The notes under the pieces were generated by a model. That model was not told where the DNA came from. It saw nothing but the letters and a program-made list of their open reading frames with translations, and ran no database searches. DNA of 64,000 nucleotides from a virus, in the IMG/VR virus record IMGVR_UViG_3300032242_001280, one strand, 5' to 3'. Both the position numbers and the translations under genes were made by a program. Below, one piece after another: positions 39,575 through 49,494 of this stretch (the first letter of the stretch is position 1; each line of letters starts with the position of its first letter).

Positions 39575-40919
39575 GAAACCAGACGAAACATTTCAAGAAT
39601 ATAAACAGCGTGTGTTAGATAGCAAAAGTGCATCTTTTTGTGGCGCTAAGTGGTATAATGCAACCATTTGGTTAGGCAGTGGACAGACCACAAGCTGTCA
39701 TCACCCGCTGCCACATAAAGTAAGTGTAGAACAGGTAATGAATAATCCTGCTGCGCTGCATAATACACCAGAAAAGAAAGCACAGCGTCTACAGATGCAA
39801 AAGGGTGAACGACCAAGTGGTTGTGAATATTGCTGGCGCATAGAAGATACTAGCACAACTACCATCAGTGATCGCCCTTATAAAAGTATGATATTCAGCG
39901 AGGAAGAGTTAAATGAAGCATTTAACCTCCCAAGTGAAAGTGATGTAAATTTAAGAACATTGGAGATAGCTTTTGACCGCACTTGCAATTTTGCCTGCTC
40001 TTATTGTAATCCTGCATTTAGCACGACCTGGGTCCGAGATATTAAGACGAATGGCAGTTATATCGGGCTTCACAGCGATGGGCGTAATCATTTTACGCAT
40101 CCTCATGATGGCAGTCAGCTTTATGGATATACCGATACTAATCCATATGTAGAAGCATTCTTTAAATGGTGGGAAAGTGATCTACACAAGACTCTTCGTG
40201 AGTTGCGTATTACAGGCGGTGAACCGCTTATGAGCGGACATACTTGGAAACTACTAGATTGGTTTAAAAACAATCGCGGCAAAAGCAATACTAAGATTGC
40301 CATCAATAGCAATCTTGGATTAGAACCAAAGAAACTTGACGAATTTATAGATGCTGTTCGTGGAATGGATATCGAAGTTTATACCAGTTGTGAAAGCATG
40401 ACTGCCCAAGCTGAATATATTCGTGATGGTTTAAATTATTATCAATGGTTTGACAATATGGTCAAACTACATAGCAGCGGTTCAGTAAAGCAACTGCATG
40501 TAATGGCAACTATTAATGGGCTATGCTTAACCAAACTTCCTGATTTTCTTGCGCATATGTTAGATTTTAAACAAGCATATGGTCGTGATAGTTTAACAGT
40601 TACTCTTAATATCTTGCGGTTTCCAAGTTTTCAGAGTCCATTAGTTATGCCTGTAGAAATTAAACAAGGGTGTGCAACAAGGTTGCAACAATTTTTAGAT
40701 AGTCTTGGCGATAACCATTGGTTGCATCAAATGGAGATAGAACATATTAAGCGTCTTATAGAATACTTAAATAGTACTGAAGCGCCGCATGCTGGTGCTA
40801 GTTCCATGGATGTATTGCAGAAAGATTTTAAACAATTCTATCAACAATACGACCAGAGGCGCAACAAAGATTTTATTAATACATTCCCAGAATTGAAAGA
40901 ATGGTACAATGACTTATGA
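39564..40919 (+). CDS. Radical SAM protein (paralogue 2)
   Basis: CNFACSYC and TGGEP; N-terminal CGAKW...SCHH...CEYCW. Confidence 0.92.
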   Translation: MRSKKPDETFQEYKQRVLDSKSASFCGAKWYNATIWLGSGQTTSCHHPLPHKVSVEQVMNNPAALHNTPEKKAQRLQMQKGERPSGCEYCWRIEDTSTTTISDRPYKSMIFSEEELNEAFNLPSESDVNLRTLEIAFDRTCNFACSYCNPAFSTTWVRDIKTNGSYIGLHSDGRNHFTHPHDGSQLYGYTDTNPYVEAFFKWWESDLHKTLRELRITGGEPLMSGHTWKLLDWFKNNRGKSNTKIAINSNLGLEPKKLDEFIDAVRGMDIEVYTSCESMTAQAEYIRDGLNYYQWFDNMVKLHSSGSVKQLHVMATINGLCLTKLPDFLAHMLDFKQAYGRDSLTVTLNILRFPSFQSPLVMPVEIKQGCATRLQQFLDSLGDNHWLHQMEIEHIKRLIEYLNSTEAPHAGASSMDVLQKDFKQFYQQYDQRRNKDFINTFPELKEWYNDL

Positions 40920-42216
40920 TTACAATGACCGAACACCAGAATTTATTAGCTTAAATAAATTAACAGAAAAAGAAAAATTTTTACTTATGGAAAGTAAAAC
41001 TTTTTGTATGTTGCCTTGGACACATCTTCATGCATTTCCTACAGGACAAGCATATGTGTGTTGCAATTCTGAAATGAAATATCCAATTGGTAATTTGCGG
41101 GAATCTACAATAAAAGAAGTGTGGAACAGCGATTCCATGAAAAAAACTAGAACTAACATGGTCACTGAAACTAAATGTGGTTCGTGCGTGAGGTGTTACG
41201 AGCAAGAAGACGCTGGTTTTTTTAGTATGCGCAATAGTAGTAATAAAAGATTCGGGCATAATATTAAGCGTGTTGATAAAACACTAGAAGATGGGCATCT
41301 TGAAGATTTAACTTTATCATATTGGGATATTCGTTTTTCAAATTTATGTAATTTTCGATGCCGTAGCTGTGGTCATATTTTTAGTAGCAATTGGTATGAT
41401 GACCAAGTTAAACTGATAGGAGATGAAAAAAATGTTGATTATTTTAAAAAAAATAGTAAAAGAATAGAATACGCTGGAAGAACTCAATTAGATATATGGG
41501 AACAATTAGAACCACATTTAGATTATGTTGAACACATTTATTTTGCTGGCGGTGAACCACTTATAATGGAAGAACATTATAAAATTCTCAATGCATTATT
41601 AAAAAAAGGAATGAATAAGGTTAGGCTTATTTACAATACCAATTTCAGTGAACTTCGCTACAAAAAACAAAATGTTTTAGAGTTGTGGAATGAGTTTTCT
41701 AATGTTTGTGTAGGGGCCAGCCTTGATGCAATGGGTCCGTTGGCAGAATTAATGCGTAAAGGCACTGATTGGGAACAAACTGAGCGCAATCGTGAAGAAA
41801 TGTTGCGAATATGTCCGCAGGTTGATTTTTATATTAGTCCTACCCTGAGTGTAATGAATGTTTGGCAACTACCAAGTTTTCATCGTGATTGGGTACAGAA
41901 AGGTTTCATAAAACCACAAGATTTAAATGTTAATATTTTGCAAGACGCACCTTTCTTTAGGATTGATATATTGCCAGATCAATGCAAAGTAGATATTCAA
42001 GAAATGTATTTAGAACATATTGAATGGCTTAAACCGCTTGATAATTTAAAAAGAGCCGTGACTGGCTTTGAAAGTGCAGTTAACTTTATGATGGCAGATG
42101 ACAAATCACATCTTATACCACAATTTTGGGCTAGAACGAATAAATTAGATAGTATTCGTGGAGAAAAATTGTTAGACCTTGTTCCAGAGTTAAGGAATCT
42201 TGATGGAAAAAAATAA
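40909..42216 (+). CDS. Radical SAM protein (paralogue 3)
   Basis: CNFRCRSC and AGGEP; N-terminal CMLPW...VCC...CVRC. Confidence 0.92.
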   Translation: MTYDYNDRTPEFISLNKLTEKEKFLLMESKTFCMLPWTHLHAFPTGQAYVCCNSEMKYPIGNLRESTIKEVWNSDSMKKTRTNMVTETKCGSCVRCYEQEDAGFFSMRNSSNKRFGHNIKRVDKTLEDGHLEDLTLSYWDIRFSNLCNFRCRSCGHIFSSNWYDDQVKLIGDEKNVDYFKKNSKRIEYAGRTQLDIWEQLEPHLDYVEHIYFAGGEPLIMEEHYKILNALLKKGMNKVRLIYNTNFSELRYKKQNVLELWNEFSNVCVGASLDAMGPLAELMRKGTDWEQTERNREEMLRICPQVDFYISPTLSVMNVWQLPSFHRDWVQKGFIKPQDLNVNILQDAPFFRIDILPDQCKVDIQEMYLEHIEWLKPLDNLKRAVTGFESAVNFMMADDKSHLIPQFWARTNKLDSIRGEKLLDLVPELRNLDGKK

Positions 42217-43372
42217 CTTTTGTATATTGCCATTTGTTTCTATTGAGGCAGACCCGATGGGTAAATGCAAGGTATGCTGTTTAAGCTATGAAACTATACC
42301 TGATATTGATTTAAAAAAAAATACACTAAGTGAAGCTTTCAATAGTTCTTATATGAACAATCTTCGTCAAAGTTTTTTAAATAATGAAAAACCTGCCAAT
42401 TGTAATCGCTGTTGGTCAGAGGAAGCAAGTGGCAGAACTAGTAAAAGAATGCATAGTCATGCTAGGTTGCGTGAGATACTAGGTGATACAAAATTTACAC
42501 ATAGTGCCGATGGTAGTCTTATGTTTATAGATTTGAAACTTGGAAATATATGTAATCTTAAGTGTCGTATATGTGGTAGCTATAGCAGTTCAAAATGGGC
42601 ACAAGAAGAAATTGATATCTATACTGGCAATCAAACTGCTAAAGACAATCTTGAAAAAGGTCGTTGGCCTCGCGAATCAAAAAGATTTTGGGAAGATTTA
42701 ACACACTTACTTGCAACTTCAAAATACTTTGAATTTACTGGCGGCGAACCCTTTTTAATTGACGAGCATTTTACTCTTTTAGAAATTGCAGTTGAAATGG
42801 GTTTTGCTAAAGATATTGAAATTCATTATAATACAAATCTTACTACATTTCCAAAGCGTGGATTAGAAATTTGGCCACATTTTAAACTGGTTGAAATAGC
42901 AGTAAGTGTGGATGATATCGGTCCACGATTTGAATATCAACGATATGGAGCATCATGGGACAAAGCAATGGATAATCTTCAACGCCTCCGTGATCTTCGC
43001 AGCGCAAGCACAAATATTAAATTACAGTTATGCTCGACTATTAATGTTCAAAATTTTTATTACATTGATGAAATGTGTGAATGGATTTTTCAACAAAAAT
43101 TTAATTATGTTTATTTTAATGTTCTGCACGATGCTTGGCATTTTAGTATTAGCAGATTAAATGATACTGCAAAAGAACTTATTAATAGTAAATTTAAAGC
43201 ATATGTTGGTCCATATTCGAGTGAAGTTACTAATCTATTGCTTTTTATGAATCAAGGCGAAGGCAGTGATTGTAAAAAACTTGTTCAAACATTAAAAAAC
43301 AGTGACATTCAACGCAAACAAAAATTTAGTGATCATCATAGTGAGATAGCGGCGGCAATAGGATATGAATGA
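42203..43372 (+). CDS. Radical SAM protein (paralogue 4)
   Basis: CNLKCRIC and TGGEP; N-terminal CILPF...VCC...CNRC. ATG at 42203. Confidence 0.92.
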   Translation: MEKNNFCILPFVSIEADPMGKCKVCCLSYETIPDIDLKKNTLSEAFNSSYMNNLRQSFLNNEKPANCNRCWSEEASGRTSKRMHSHARLREILGDTKFTHSADGSLMFIDLKLGNICNLKCRICGSYSSSKWAQEEIDIYTGNQTAKDNLEKGRWPRESKRFWEDLTHLLATSKYFEFTGGEPFLIDEHFTLLEIAVEMGFAKDIEIHYNTNLTTFPKRGLEIWPHFKLVEIAVSVDDIGPRFEYQRYGASWDKAMDNLQRLRDLRSASTNIKLQLCSTINVQNFYYIDEMCEWIFQQKFNYVYFNVLHDAWHFSISRLNDTAKELINSKFKAYVGPYSSEVTNLLLFMNQGEGSDCKKLVQTLKNSDIQRKQKFSDHHSEIAAAIGYE

Positions 43373-44666
43373 TTTTTGTTTGGCTCCATTTACGCATACC
43401 TATATCTCGCCACAAGGTGAACGGCGGCTGTGTTGTGCGTCACGAGAACCTGCACAAAATTTTAAACAGTATATTGATACTGCTGGCGGTGATGGACAAT
43501 TTACGCCGCTCACGCTAAAGGATTGGTGGAATGGCGAACATATTAGGCAAATTAGAAAGCAATGGTTGGCTGGTGAGGTTCCATCAGCATGTGAGGTCTG
43601 CGATAAAAAGCTACTTAACACTTCTGTATATCGTGATTACTTTGGACATCTTTTTGGTCATCTACGAGATGCTGCGGTGGCTAATACAGATGCTAATGGC
43701 TATACAACCTTAGAACCAATCTCATGGGACTATCGTTATAGTAATGTATGCAACTTTAAGTGCCGTATGTGTGGCGATATGCTAAGTTCGGCATGGGAAG
43801 TTGAAGTTCGTAAAAACAATATGGTTGATCTAACCAATCCAAAAAATCATTGGATGCAGCCAAAGAACCGCCATGCTATTCGTGATTTTACTCGTGATGT
43901 GGTCATACCAGAATTTCGTGCGGCTATTGAAAATAAAAGTGTTCGTGAAATCTATTGGGTAGGCGGCGAGCCGCTGCTATATGATGAGCACTGGACATTT
44001 ATGCGTCGAATAATAGAACTTGACTATGCAGACCAAGTTCGTGTAAGATATAATACAAATCTTAGTTATTGTAAAGATAATAAAGGTACGCTATGGGAAT
44101 TGTTAGACAATTTTCCACATTGGGAAATATGTGCAAGTTTAGATGGAACAGGAGCGATAGGTGAGTATATTAGAACTGGTCTTAATTATAATGATTGGCT
44201 CGTTGATTTTCGACAGGGGATACAGCATCAGCGAAACTCTCGCCAAATGCGCATTGACTTTACTCTTACTTTACTTGGTTTATTTGACCTTACCAATGTT
44301 ATTAGTCTTGTTAATGATCTTAATGTTTCATTATTGAGCAAAGTAGTATTTGCTTTTTCTCCTGATATTCTCTTAAGTCCACTAGCACTGCCTAGAACGG
44401 TTCTAGCGCCGCTATTAAACGATATACAAGACCGCATCAAGCCACTTATTACTCATCGTACCCAAAGTTTATGGGACACCCTAGAACATCTCAAAACTCG
44501 TCCTACTTTTGAAGAACAGTTTCCTGATACCTACAAGCGAGAAGCAATTCAAGGAAAAAAACATATTTTAAAATTGGAATTGTTGAGAAAAGATGCTAAA
44601 ATAACAATAGAAGATATTTTAAATGCTAGCCCAGAAGTGTTAGCATGGTGGCGGGGTATATCATGA
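43365..44666 (+). CDS. Radical SAM protein (paralogue 5)
   Basis: CNFKCRMC and VGGEP; N-terminal CLAPF...LCC...CEVC. Confidence 0.92.
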   Translation: MNDFCLAPFTHTYISPQGERRLCCASREPAQNFKQYIDTAGGDGQFTPLTLKDWWNGEHIRQIRKQWLAGEVPSACEVCDKKLLNTSVYRDYFGHLFGHLRDAAVANTDANGYTTLEPISWDYRYSNVCNFKCRMCGDMLSSAWEVEVRKNNMVDLTNPKNHWMQPKNRHAIRDFTRDVVIPEFRAAIENKSVREIYWVGGEPLLYDEHWTFMRRIIELDYADQVRVRYNTNLSYCKDNKGTLWELLDNFPHWEICASLDGTGAIGEYIRTGLNYNDWLVDFRQGIQHQRNSRQMRIDFTLTLLGLFDLTNVISLVNDLNVSLLSKVVFAFSPDILLSPLALPRTVLAPLLNDIQDRIKPLITHRTQSLWDTLEHLKTRPTFEEQFPDTYKREAIQGKKHILKLELLRKDAKITIEDILNASPEVLAWWRGIS

Positions 44667-45784
44667 GCGAAGTAATTGTAACATTACGAAATCCATTAAA
44701 CAAGGATGAAAAATTATCTTATTACATTAAACCTAATCCTAGTCAATTAGCTAGAGATTGGGTTGATGCTCTTAAGAAAGAATTAACAAAAAATAGTGAA
44801 CTTGAAAAAAATTATTGTTGGCATGGATGGTCAAAGACTAAACGAAATCTTGATTATCTTGCTGCTCAGTTATCTAAACATGCTACAAGGATTTGGGCAT
44901 TTAATGAATTAGGTGTTTGGCAATCGCAAGGATTATCAACATTTGATATTCGTACTAATTATACGGCAGCAGATATTATGTTGCCTATTACTGGTATAGA
45001 TGAAGATGGAAAACGAGGTGGCGGTCCAAACCATGATGTAATGAATGCTGTTCATAATTACTTTGAACATCTACAGGGAACCGTTGAAAACCTTAGTCCA
45101 TATTATAAACTTGCTACGCCAGAAGTCAAATATAGTATTAGACAAATTAATAATCTTTGTCATGAAATAGAAACACTGTGCTTGAGTTTACGAAAGGAAG
45201 TATATGCACCAGATTGGGTTCGCCCATCACAAATAACAACTTTTTTAAATGCCATGAGATATAGTTTAACACCAGAACATCGTCAAGGTTTTATTGAAAA
45301 TGGATATGATCGCCGTTTTGCACATGTGTACATGCATTGGACTCAGATAGGCAAGACGCTCAAGGAAGTATTTCATGATGAGGGTGCACCAGATTTAGAT
45401 CAGGCAACTTGCGATGCTATTACTCACCTTCAATATTATAGCGGTGAATTTGATGTTGAATGGGGGCGAGATGTTATATATAATAAACATCCTTGGCATA
45501 GAAAAGAAATGGATGAATATATAGCATGGTTAACTCGTCAAGGATACGATGTCAATGATCCTATGTTAAGTTTAGGTCATCTTGAACTAGGTCATGTAGA
45601 TTTAGAGCGCAGTTTTGGCACACATGATCCATATAAGATATGGGATATGATGAGTCCAATGCTTGATATCTATAGCATAGAAGTTGACGGGATTAAAGCA
45701 GTTTATGATTATAGCTGGGCAGATGAAGACTATGAGCAACGACAAATTAACTATCTAATGCCAGGTTATAAACGATATGTTTGA
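44663..45784 (+). CDS. Hypothetical protein associated with the radical SAM cluster
   Basis: ATG 44663 overlaps the upstream stop (ATGA); MNAVHNYFE...IRQINNLCHEIE...YMHWTQIGKT motifs, family not recognised. Confidence 0.75.
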   Translation: MSEVIVTLRNPLNKDEKLSYYIKPNPSQLARDWVDALKKELTKNSELEKNYCWHGWSKTKRNLDYLAAQLSKHATRIWAFNELGVWQSQGLSTFDIRTNYTAADIMLPITGIDEDGKRGGGPNHDVMNAVHNYFEHLQGTVENLSPYYKLATPEVKYSIRQINNLCHEIETLCLSLRKEVYAPDWVRPSQITTFLNAMRYSLTPEHRQGFIENGYDRRFAHVYMHWTQIGKTLKEVFHDEGAPDLDQATCDAITHLQYYSGEFDVEWGRDVIYNKHPWHRKEMDEYIAWLTRQGYDVNDPMLSLGHLELGHVDLERSFGTHDPYKIWDMMSPMLDIYSIEVDGIKAVYDYSWADEDYEQRQINYLMPGYKRYV

Positions 45785-47531
45785 TAAACATTGGTACGAT
45801 TATGATGATTGTACCGATATTAAACAGCTAATTGAAGAAGCCAAGAAAAACAGCAGAACTGAATATGTATGGCTTTGTCATCATGCAGTAGATTATTCTA
45901 CTTTTAATTGGCGCTATCTTCCAAATCGACATCAACAGCATTTTATGCATGCATGGGCAAGTCATGATAATTCAGACTGTCTGACTACATGGCTTGTGCC
46001 GATCAATCAAGAGTTTGACAATACTGAAAAAGTATTCCATAGCGGTTTATTGCCTATCTTATATCAACCCAATGGCAAACTATGGCAGTGGAAAAAAGAC
46101 CCACTAATAGACTATTCTACTTTTAATTTTAACTGGTTTCCAAGCGTATGGGATTGGGGATATAACCATGAATTTACCATGCTTGGCAAAGAACGATTGA
46201 GCTATACTACGCTTAGCAGAAGTAGCACAAATATAAAATATCATGCCGCTAACCTAACTTATGATGGACTGTACTATGATATTTGTTGTATCGATACTAA
46301 CACCCATCCGTTACCAAACCATGATTATAAAGTTCGATTAATCACAACGATGGAAGAAGCGTTGAAGTTAGCTTTAAAACGAGCAACTAAACCTTGGCTA
46401 TGGGTAGTCAGTGATGTATGCGACTATGATGAATTTAATTTTACTTGGTTGCCAGAAGAAGGCGAAGAACATCAAGTACATTGCTGGCCAAGCGGCACAT
46501 GTGAAAAAGGCGACACATTTTTAATTCATGTTCCAACTTATCTTGGCGAATGGAATCCTTCTTACAACTTTAGCCATGATCCTGTAAAAAGAAAAAGATG
46601 GCCCGTGTATAATGTCAGTGAAAATTGTCTAGCATGGGATTTAAATAACTCGCCTAGAAACAAATCAATATACACATTATATTCTTTTACTGGAGTAATA
46701 GATTATCCAGATGTTTGTTTATGGGAAAAACGACCAGTAGTTAGTTTAAATCGCAGCAATAGTAGCTGCCTTGTTCCTCGTGATTGTATTGTTGAAAAAG
46801 AAATATATGAATACCCGCATCTGCTGCGCTATCCAGAATATGGTTTTGATATTCCTGTGGATGTAATTTTTATTCACAACGATGAAAGTTGTGCAGAAGA
46901 AAACTGGATAAAATTAAAAACGCTATGCCCAAGTGCAAAAATATTAAGTGGCGTTAACGGCAGATTGAAAGCATATAAAACTGCTGCCATAAGAAGCGAT
47001 ACTATTTGGTTTATTGCGGTTTTTGCTAAATGCAATATGAAAGAAAATTTTAAAGATTTAAATTGGCAACCAGATTTTTGGCAAGAACCTAAACATTATA
47101 TTTTTCATAATCATAATCTTAATACAGGTTTGATATATGGACATATGGCACCTATTGCGTATCATGCTAAATTACTGCATAAGAATACAGGTGGTCTTGA
47201 CATGACGCTAGCTCAACGCCATACGACCGTGCCGATAACCATAAGCGAAACTAATTTAGAAGACGATCCTTGGTTAACTTGGCGTACAGCATTTCGCGAA
47301 GTTGTTAAAATACTTCATTTTAGTAAAAATAATCCAAGTATTGAGAATGAATATCGACTGTGGTCTTGGCGTAATATTGCTAAAGGCAAAGATTCTATGT
47401 GGCAAAAGTATGCAGTTAAACACGCCGAAGAATATTATGCTGCATGCGGCGACAACGAAGAAGCATTAATGTTGACAAGCGAATGGGATTGGCTGTATGA
47501 GCACTACTTGCGTCTTACAGTGAATCCATAA
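45777..47531 (+). CDS. Multi-repeat glycosyltransferase-like protein
   Basis: Repeated 'T-YVW...DY--FN--WLP' modules; the C-terminal domain parallels 37231..38169 (IFIHNDE, YGH, WRTAFREVVK), but the DxD is degenerate. Confidence 0.6.
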   Translation: MFDKHWYDYDDCTDIKQLIEEAKKNSRTEYVWLCHHAVDYSTFNWRYLPNRHQQHFMHAWASHDNSDCLTTWLVPINQEFDNTEKVFHSGLLPILYQPNGKLWQWKKDPLIDYSTFNFNWFPSVWDWGYNHEFTMLGKERLSYTTLSRSSTNIKYHAANLTYDGLYYDICCIDTNTHPLPNHDYKVRLITTMEEALKLALKRATKPWLWVVSDVCDYDEFNFTWLPEEGEEHQVHCWPSGTCEKGDTFLIHVPTYLGEWNPSYNFSHDPVKRKRWPVYNVSENCLAWDLNNSPRNKSIYTLYSFTGVIDYPDVCLWEKRPVVSLNRSNSSCLVPRDCIVEKEIYEYPHLLRYPEYGFDIPVDVIFIHNDESCAEENWIKLKTLCPSAKILSGVNGRLKAYKTAAIRSDTIWFIAVFAKCNMKENFKDLNWQPDFWQEPKHYIFHNHNLNTGLIYGHMAPIAYHAKLLHKNTGGLDMTLAQRHTTVPITISETNLEDDPWLTWRTAFREVVKILHFSKNNPSIENEYRLWSWRNIAKGKDSMWQKYAVKHAEEYYAACGDNEEALMLTSEWDWLYEHYLRLTVNP

Positions 47532-48621
47532 CAGTTTTAATAATAACATTAATATCAGCATCAGAAAGATGCCAGTGACTTGGCAAACTTATAACGCGCT
47601 GGTTATTAGTAATATTTTCAGCAGTTGAACATGGTTGATATCCATAAGACTTTACAAAATCTTCACGGTTAAGCGCCTTGGTATAGTGACTGCTATACTG
47701 AATGTTGGCTTCTTTTAACGCTGATTTGACATTTTCTTGTCGCTGCGGCGCAATAGAAAACGAATAATAATTCCATGTTCCCCATGGTTTGCGAATAGGT
47801 AAATCTACTTTGTCTGGATAATTTCTAAAATGATTATAATACAATTGGCATATTGCCATTTTTTTTGGAATCATTTCTGCGTAATAATAAATTTTAGAAA
47901 CTAAGGTAGCAGCTTGTGTGGATAGCATACGAAAGTTAAGCCCATGCAATTCTATATTTCCGTTTGATCCAGTAGTTGTTTTTCCAATGGTGCACACTGC
48001 TTGCATAATTGTTGAATGTATAGATTTGCTGATAAGCGCACCACCACCACTTCCACCAAAATTTTTAAGAGGATTAAAACTTAGGCAAATTGCATCAGCA
48101 ATAGTTTGGTCATATTGATCTGAGCATATTCCAAAGCTATGTGCAGCATCGATAATCCATTTAACATCATACTTGTTGCACCAGCGGCGGACCTTATCCA
48201 GTTCAACGCCTTGTCCATACAAGTCAACTGTGACAAGCGCACTTATCTGGTCGCCATATTTTTTATACGCATCATCTAGCAAATCAATATCTAATAGCCA
48301 ACTGCTATCAATATCAACAAATGTAGGTATACCGCCAACCGCTATTATAGCTTGTGCAGTAGCAGCATATGTCAGTGCTGGAAGCAGCACACGAGTGCCA
48401 GGTTTGATGTACAAGGCCATCAGAGCGGCTTGTATCGCACTGGTTCCGCTATTAGTAAGTACTACTTCTGCGCCATTATAATGCGTTTTAATATACTTTT
48501 CTAAAAGATCATGTGCCTCGCCGCTATAGAATTGACCGCTGCGGTAAACATTATCCATCCCGCCAAGTATGGCAAGTCTGCAATCTTCATATTGCTCCGT
48601 TAGGTTATAATAATTAATCAT
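47515..48621 (-). CDS. DegT/DnrJ/EryC1/StrS family PLP-dependent sugar aminotransferase
   Basis: NSGTSA, PALTYAATAQA, PTFVDID, VDLYGQ, IIDAAHS, SFNPLKNFGG (PLP lysine), ISLP. Confidence 0.93.
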   Translation of the reverse strand: MINYYNLTEQYEDCRLAILGGMDNVYRSGQFYSGEAHDLLEKYIKTHYNGAEVVLTNSGTSAIQAALMALYIKPGTRVLLPALTYAATAQAIIAVGGIPTFVDIDSSWLLDIDLLDDAYKKYGDQISALVTVDLYGQGVELDKVRRWCNKYDVKWIIDAAHSFGICSDQYDQTIADAICLSFNPLKNFGGSGGGALISKSIHSTIMQAVCTIGKTTTGSNGNIELHGLNFRMLSTQAATLVSKIYYYAEMIPKKMAICQLYYNHFRNYPDKVDLPIRKPWGTWNYYSFSIAPQRQENVKSALKEANIQYSSHYTKALNREDFVKSYGYQPCSTAENITNNQRVISLPSHWHLSDADINVIIKTVMDSL

Positions 48622-49493
48622 TTAATAAGTTTTTGGATGCCGTTTTCCAAATTAATTTTTGGCGTATATCCAAGATACTGCACTGCTTTACGGATATCCA
48701 TTGCACCACGACGAGGCATGTCATCTGCTAAGTCACGACCGCATATGATTTCACTCTTGGTCCAAGTCCAATCTTTAATAACATTTGCTGCTTCTTGCAG
48801 GGATCGTCCTTCACCAAAGCTGACATTGGCAATGACTTTGTTGACAGGGGTAACAGCAGCGTTGCAAATAGCTTGTGATAGGTCTTCTACATGGGTAAAG
48901 TCAAGTTTTGCCATAGGGTCATCGACATGAATAGGTTCATGTTCTGCAGCAGCCTTTAACCATTTGGCGATAACACGATTGTTATCATCTCTTTTGCCGT
49001 ATACAGCAGTAGGACGAATGATTACCCAATCATTAGCAATGTCTTGTACCAATCTTTCACATGCCAACTTTGCCTTGCCATAGGCATTGACTGGTCGCAG
49101 TGGATCAGTTTCCTGAACCGTGCCAATCCAGTTGCCATATACCATGCTGCTGCTTATATAAACCATCTTTGCATCAGGATAAGCAGTCAACATATGTAAG
49201 GTGCTTTGTATAGCATTCTTCCACGCCGCTACACCATCTCTAGCGAACGATGCTTGATTAGGATGGCATGCTAAATGAACGATGACATCTACATCTTGAA
49301 TTACAGTGCTCGCACAGTCTGCATTAATCCAATCATCATATGCAAAGTCCATATAACGACCGCGAGCAAGATACAAATCTTGCTTGATAAATCGAATATC
49401 ATCAATTATAGTAACTGCATGTCCAGCATCTTTTAACCGTTTTACAACATGGTGACCGATAAAACCAAATCCACCTGTAACTAGTACATGCAT
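48618..49493 (-). CDS. NAD-dependent nucleotide-sugar epimerase/dehydratase (extended SDR)
   Basis: VLVTGGFGFIG, SSSMVYG, YGKAK (YxxxK), DFTHVED. Confidence 0.93.
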   Translation of the reverse strand: MHVLVTGGFGFIGHHVVKRLKDAGHAVTIIDDIRFIKQDLYLARGRYMDFAYDDWINADCASTVIQDVDVIVHLACHPNQASFARDGVAAWKNAIQSTLHMLTAYPDAKMVYISSSMVYGNWIGTVQETDPLRPVNAYGKAKLACERLVQDIANDWVIIRPTAVYGKRDDNNRVIAKWLKAAAEHEPIHVDDPMAKLDFTHVEDLSQAICNAAVTPVNKVIANVSFGEGRSLQEAANVIKDWTWTKSEIICGRDLADDMPRRGAMDIRKAVQYLGYTPKINLENGIQKLIK

Positions 49494-49494
49494 A

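Noticed and set aside
38144-44666. RiPP biosynthetic cluster
   Set aside because: No precursor peptide, RRE domain, peptidase or transporter is visible; the neighbours are sugar-related enzymes.
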